Below are positions 46,121-47,555 of a stretch of 47,555 nucleotides of DNA, in pieces. The DNA is from a virus (lineage: Duplodnaviria > Caudoviricetes). Every line of letters begins with the position of its first letter. Positions within the stretch are counted from its first letter, which is position 1. Position numbers and translations under genes: made by a program. Below the pieces are notes generated by a model. It saw nothing but the letters and a program-made list of their open reading frames with translations, did no database searches and was not told the origin of the DNA. Location of the stretch: positions 1 to 47,555 of the IMG/VR virus record IMGVR_UViG_3300010376_000051, one strand, 5' to 3'.

Positions 46121-47555
46121 CTAAGACACCACGTTGAATGTCGTGGTCGGGCTCAGCGGCATGTTGCCCCGAGCTACGTAAACGGACCACTTCCCGACCT
46201 CGCTTAGATCGCCCCTCCCGAATGTGTAAATCAACACCGGCCAGCCAAAAGCTGTAGCCGGCACCACCGCTGAGTAGGTGATCGCCGTCGGGGTGGTTAA
46301 CATCGCACCAGATGGCTTCACGAACACCAAATTGGTGTCTTTGAAGCTGATCACACCGGGCGCACATATATAAACGGTGAACCCGATTTCGTTTAGCAAG
46401 GGGACTGGTTCATCAGGGTATATGTTGAATAGCGACCCGTACTGGATAACACGGCTCAACCACCGCCCATTTGGGGTGGTAAATGGAGGTGGTGCTGGGG
46501 GGATAATGATTGACGGAAAGATGTCCAACCCATTTGGGTTGATCCCGCCCCGAGCCGTGACAACGTTCTTTACTAGGATATCCTGACCTAACCACCCAGC
46601 GAACACCACTGTTGGGGGCGTGATCGGCGGTCTGTCAATTCTGCTAGTGTATTCAGGTAGTGCCTGATACCGGCGAAACGCTGGCAAGTCAGGGAAGTTT
46701 ATGAACCATCCATCAGGCCGCTGTGGTGGTACTGGTGATGGGGGCAGGTCAGCCCCAGTTAGTGGTTTACCTCTTCGAGGTATCAGATCATTGATAGTCA
46801 CCGACCACCCGTAGGGTTGGACAGATACCACCACTGAGACGAAGTCAATTCGCCATGTAAATTCAGGCAGTGCTTCTTTCCTGGCGAACCGCGGCAATTC
46901 CAGGCTTGTGACACTCCATCCATAAGGTTGTACCAACACCGGCCGCACTGGCAGGTCCAAGCCAGTAAGCACCTTCCCACGTCGTGCGAACCCTTCAGGC
47001 AGTGTTACCGACCATCCCCATGGCTGTTGCTGCTGCTGAGTTGTCGTGAAATCCAGTCGCCATGTGTATTCAGGGAAGGCTTGGCGGCGGATAAATTGGT
47101 TCAAATCGGATGCGACTATCGACCATCCCCAGGGCTGGGTTGATATCGGCTCTGGTGGTAAATCCAAGCCTGTTAGAGTGGCTTCCAAGTGCCGGGGCGC
47201 AGCCGGCAGTTCAGGTAATACAACTGACCACCCCCATGGTTGCTGGGGGGCGAAGCTAATCCGCCACATGTATTCAGGCATCGCCTGCCGTCGGACGAAC
47301 TGCGGCAGATCAGGCGTGACAATGTTCCATCCACTGGAGTAGGGCTGAATAGGCTGGGGAGGAAGATCGACGCCAGCCACAGTGAAGTGGTGGGGTGCAG
47401 GTAGATCCACCGAGATGACAAGCTGCCAGCCATAAGGCTGGACCACCGCTGGGCCGGCGGCAGGTTGGTCGATCCTTAATGAGAGTTCAGGTAATGCTTG
47501 ACGCTTCACAGCTTGAGGAAAGTCAGGAATTATGACCGACCAGCCCCGGATCGGA
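46121..47555 (-). CDS. QPxGW-repeat protein with a C-terminal Ig/BppU-like domain, 5'-truncated
   Basis: The frame stays open beyond 47509 to the window edge (PIRGWSVIIPDFPQAVKRQALPE...). C-terminal FVKPSG...IYTFGRGDLSEVGKW. Confidence 0.8.
   Translation of the reverse strand, partial: PIRGWSVIIPDFPQAVKRQALPELSLRIDQPAAGPAVVQPYGWQLVISVDLPAPHHFTVAGVDLPPQPIQPYSSGWNIVTPDLPQFVRRQAMPEYMWRISFAPQQPWGWSVVLPELPAAPRHLEATLTGLDLPPEPISTQPWGWSIVASDLNQFIRRQAFPEYTWRLDFTTTQQQQQPWGWSVTLPEGFARRGKVLTGLDLPVRPVLVQPYGWSVTSLELPRFARKEALPEFTWRIDFVSVVVSVQPYGWSVTINDLIPRRGKPLTGADLPPSPVPPQRPDGWFINFPDLPAFRRYQALPEYTSRIDRPPITPPTVVFAGWLGQDILVKNVVTARGGINPNGLDIFPSIIIPPAPPPFTTPNGRWLSRVIQYGSLFNIYPDEPVPLLNEIGFTVYICAPGVISFKDTNLVFVKPSGAMLTTPTAITYSAVVPATAFGWPVLIYTFGRGDLSEVGKWSVYVARGNMPLSPTTTFNVVS
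46622..47555 (-). repeat. Degenerate alternating coding repeat, about 70 aa period
   Basis: Nine GW-containing units that alternate between RRQAxPEYxWRxDF and LTGxDLP tails. Confidence 0.85.

Larger units (their letters stand above)
1..47555. mobile_element. Partial tailed dsDNA phage genome (podovirus-like): replication arm on +, morphogenesis and lysis arm on -
   Basis: Dense, translationally coupled ORFs (ATGA/TGATG overlaps). Phage-type PolA, dNMP kinase, capsid, adaptor, nozzle, ejection, tailspike and lysin genes. No host housekeeping genes. The two arms converge at 11334-11347. Confidence 0.96.

Noticed and set aside
46622-47555. CRISPR array or DGR template/variable repeat
   Set aside because: The repeats are degenerate at DNA level and conserved as protein motifs in an open frame. 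No reverse transcriptase or adenine-specific mismatch pair was seen.

Overview
The whole window is a fragment of a tailed dsDNA phage genome with podovirus-like organisation. The host is probably an alphaproteobacterium (inferred from the accessory genes). ORFs run off both ends, and no portal, large terminase, integrase, primase, tRNA or CRISPR is visible. The + strand (1-11347) is an early/replication arm: excisionase-like HTH, Cas4/AddB-like nuclease, Sak4-like ATPase, SSB-like protein, UDG-fused family A DNA polymerase, dNMP kinase and a DUF3987-type NTPase. The - strand (11334-47555) is the late arm: scaffold, major capsid, two paralogous adaptors, nozzle, three ejection proteins, about 15 kb of fibre/spike genes and a lysis cassette. 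Main observation: all seven fibre/spike/adhesin-like proteins at 13.8-28.5 kb, including a tailspike with a C-terminal S74 chaperone, start with Sec-type signal peptides. Each also has an even number of Cys in the mature chain, while core virion proteins have no signal peptide. This suggests an appendage set that is exported and folded oxidatively outside the cytoplasm. Also notable: PolA is split in two by an inserted dNMP kinase gene and has His at position 762; a secreted DUF4082-glycoside hydrolase sits inside the recombination operon; several tiny Arg/Lys-rich peptides are missed by the ORF track; and there is an alternating QPxGW repeat protein. All family calls come from motifs recognised by eye; no searches were run.
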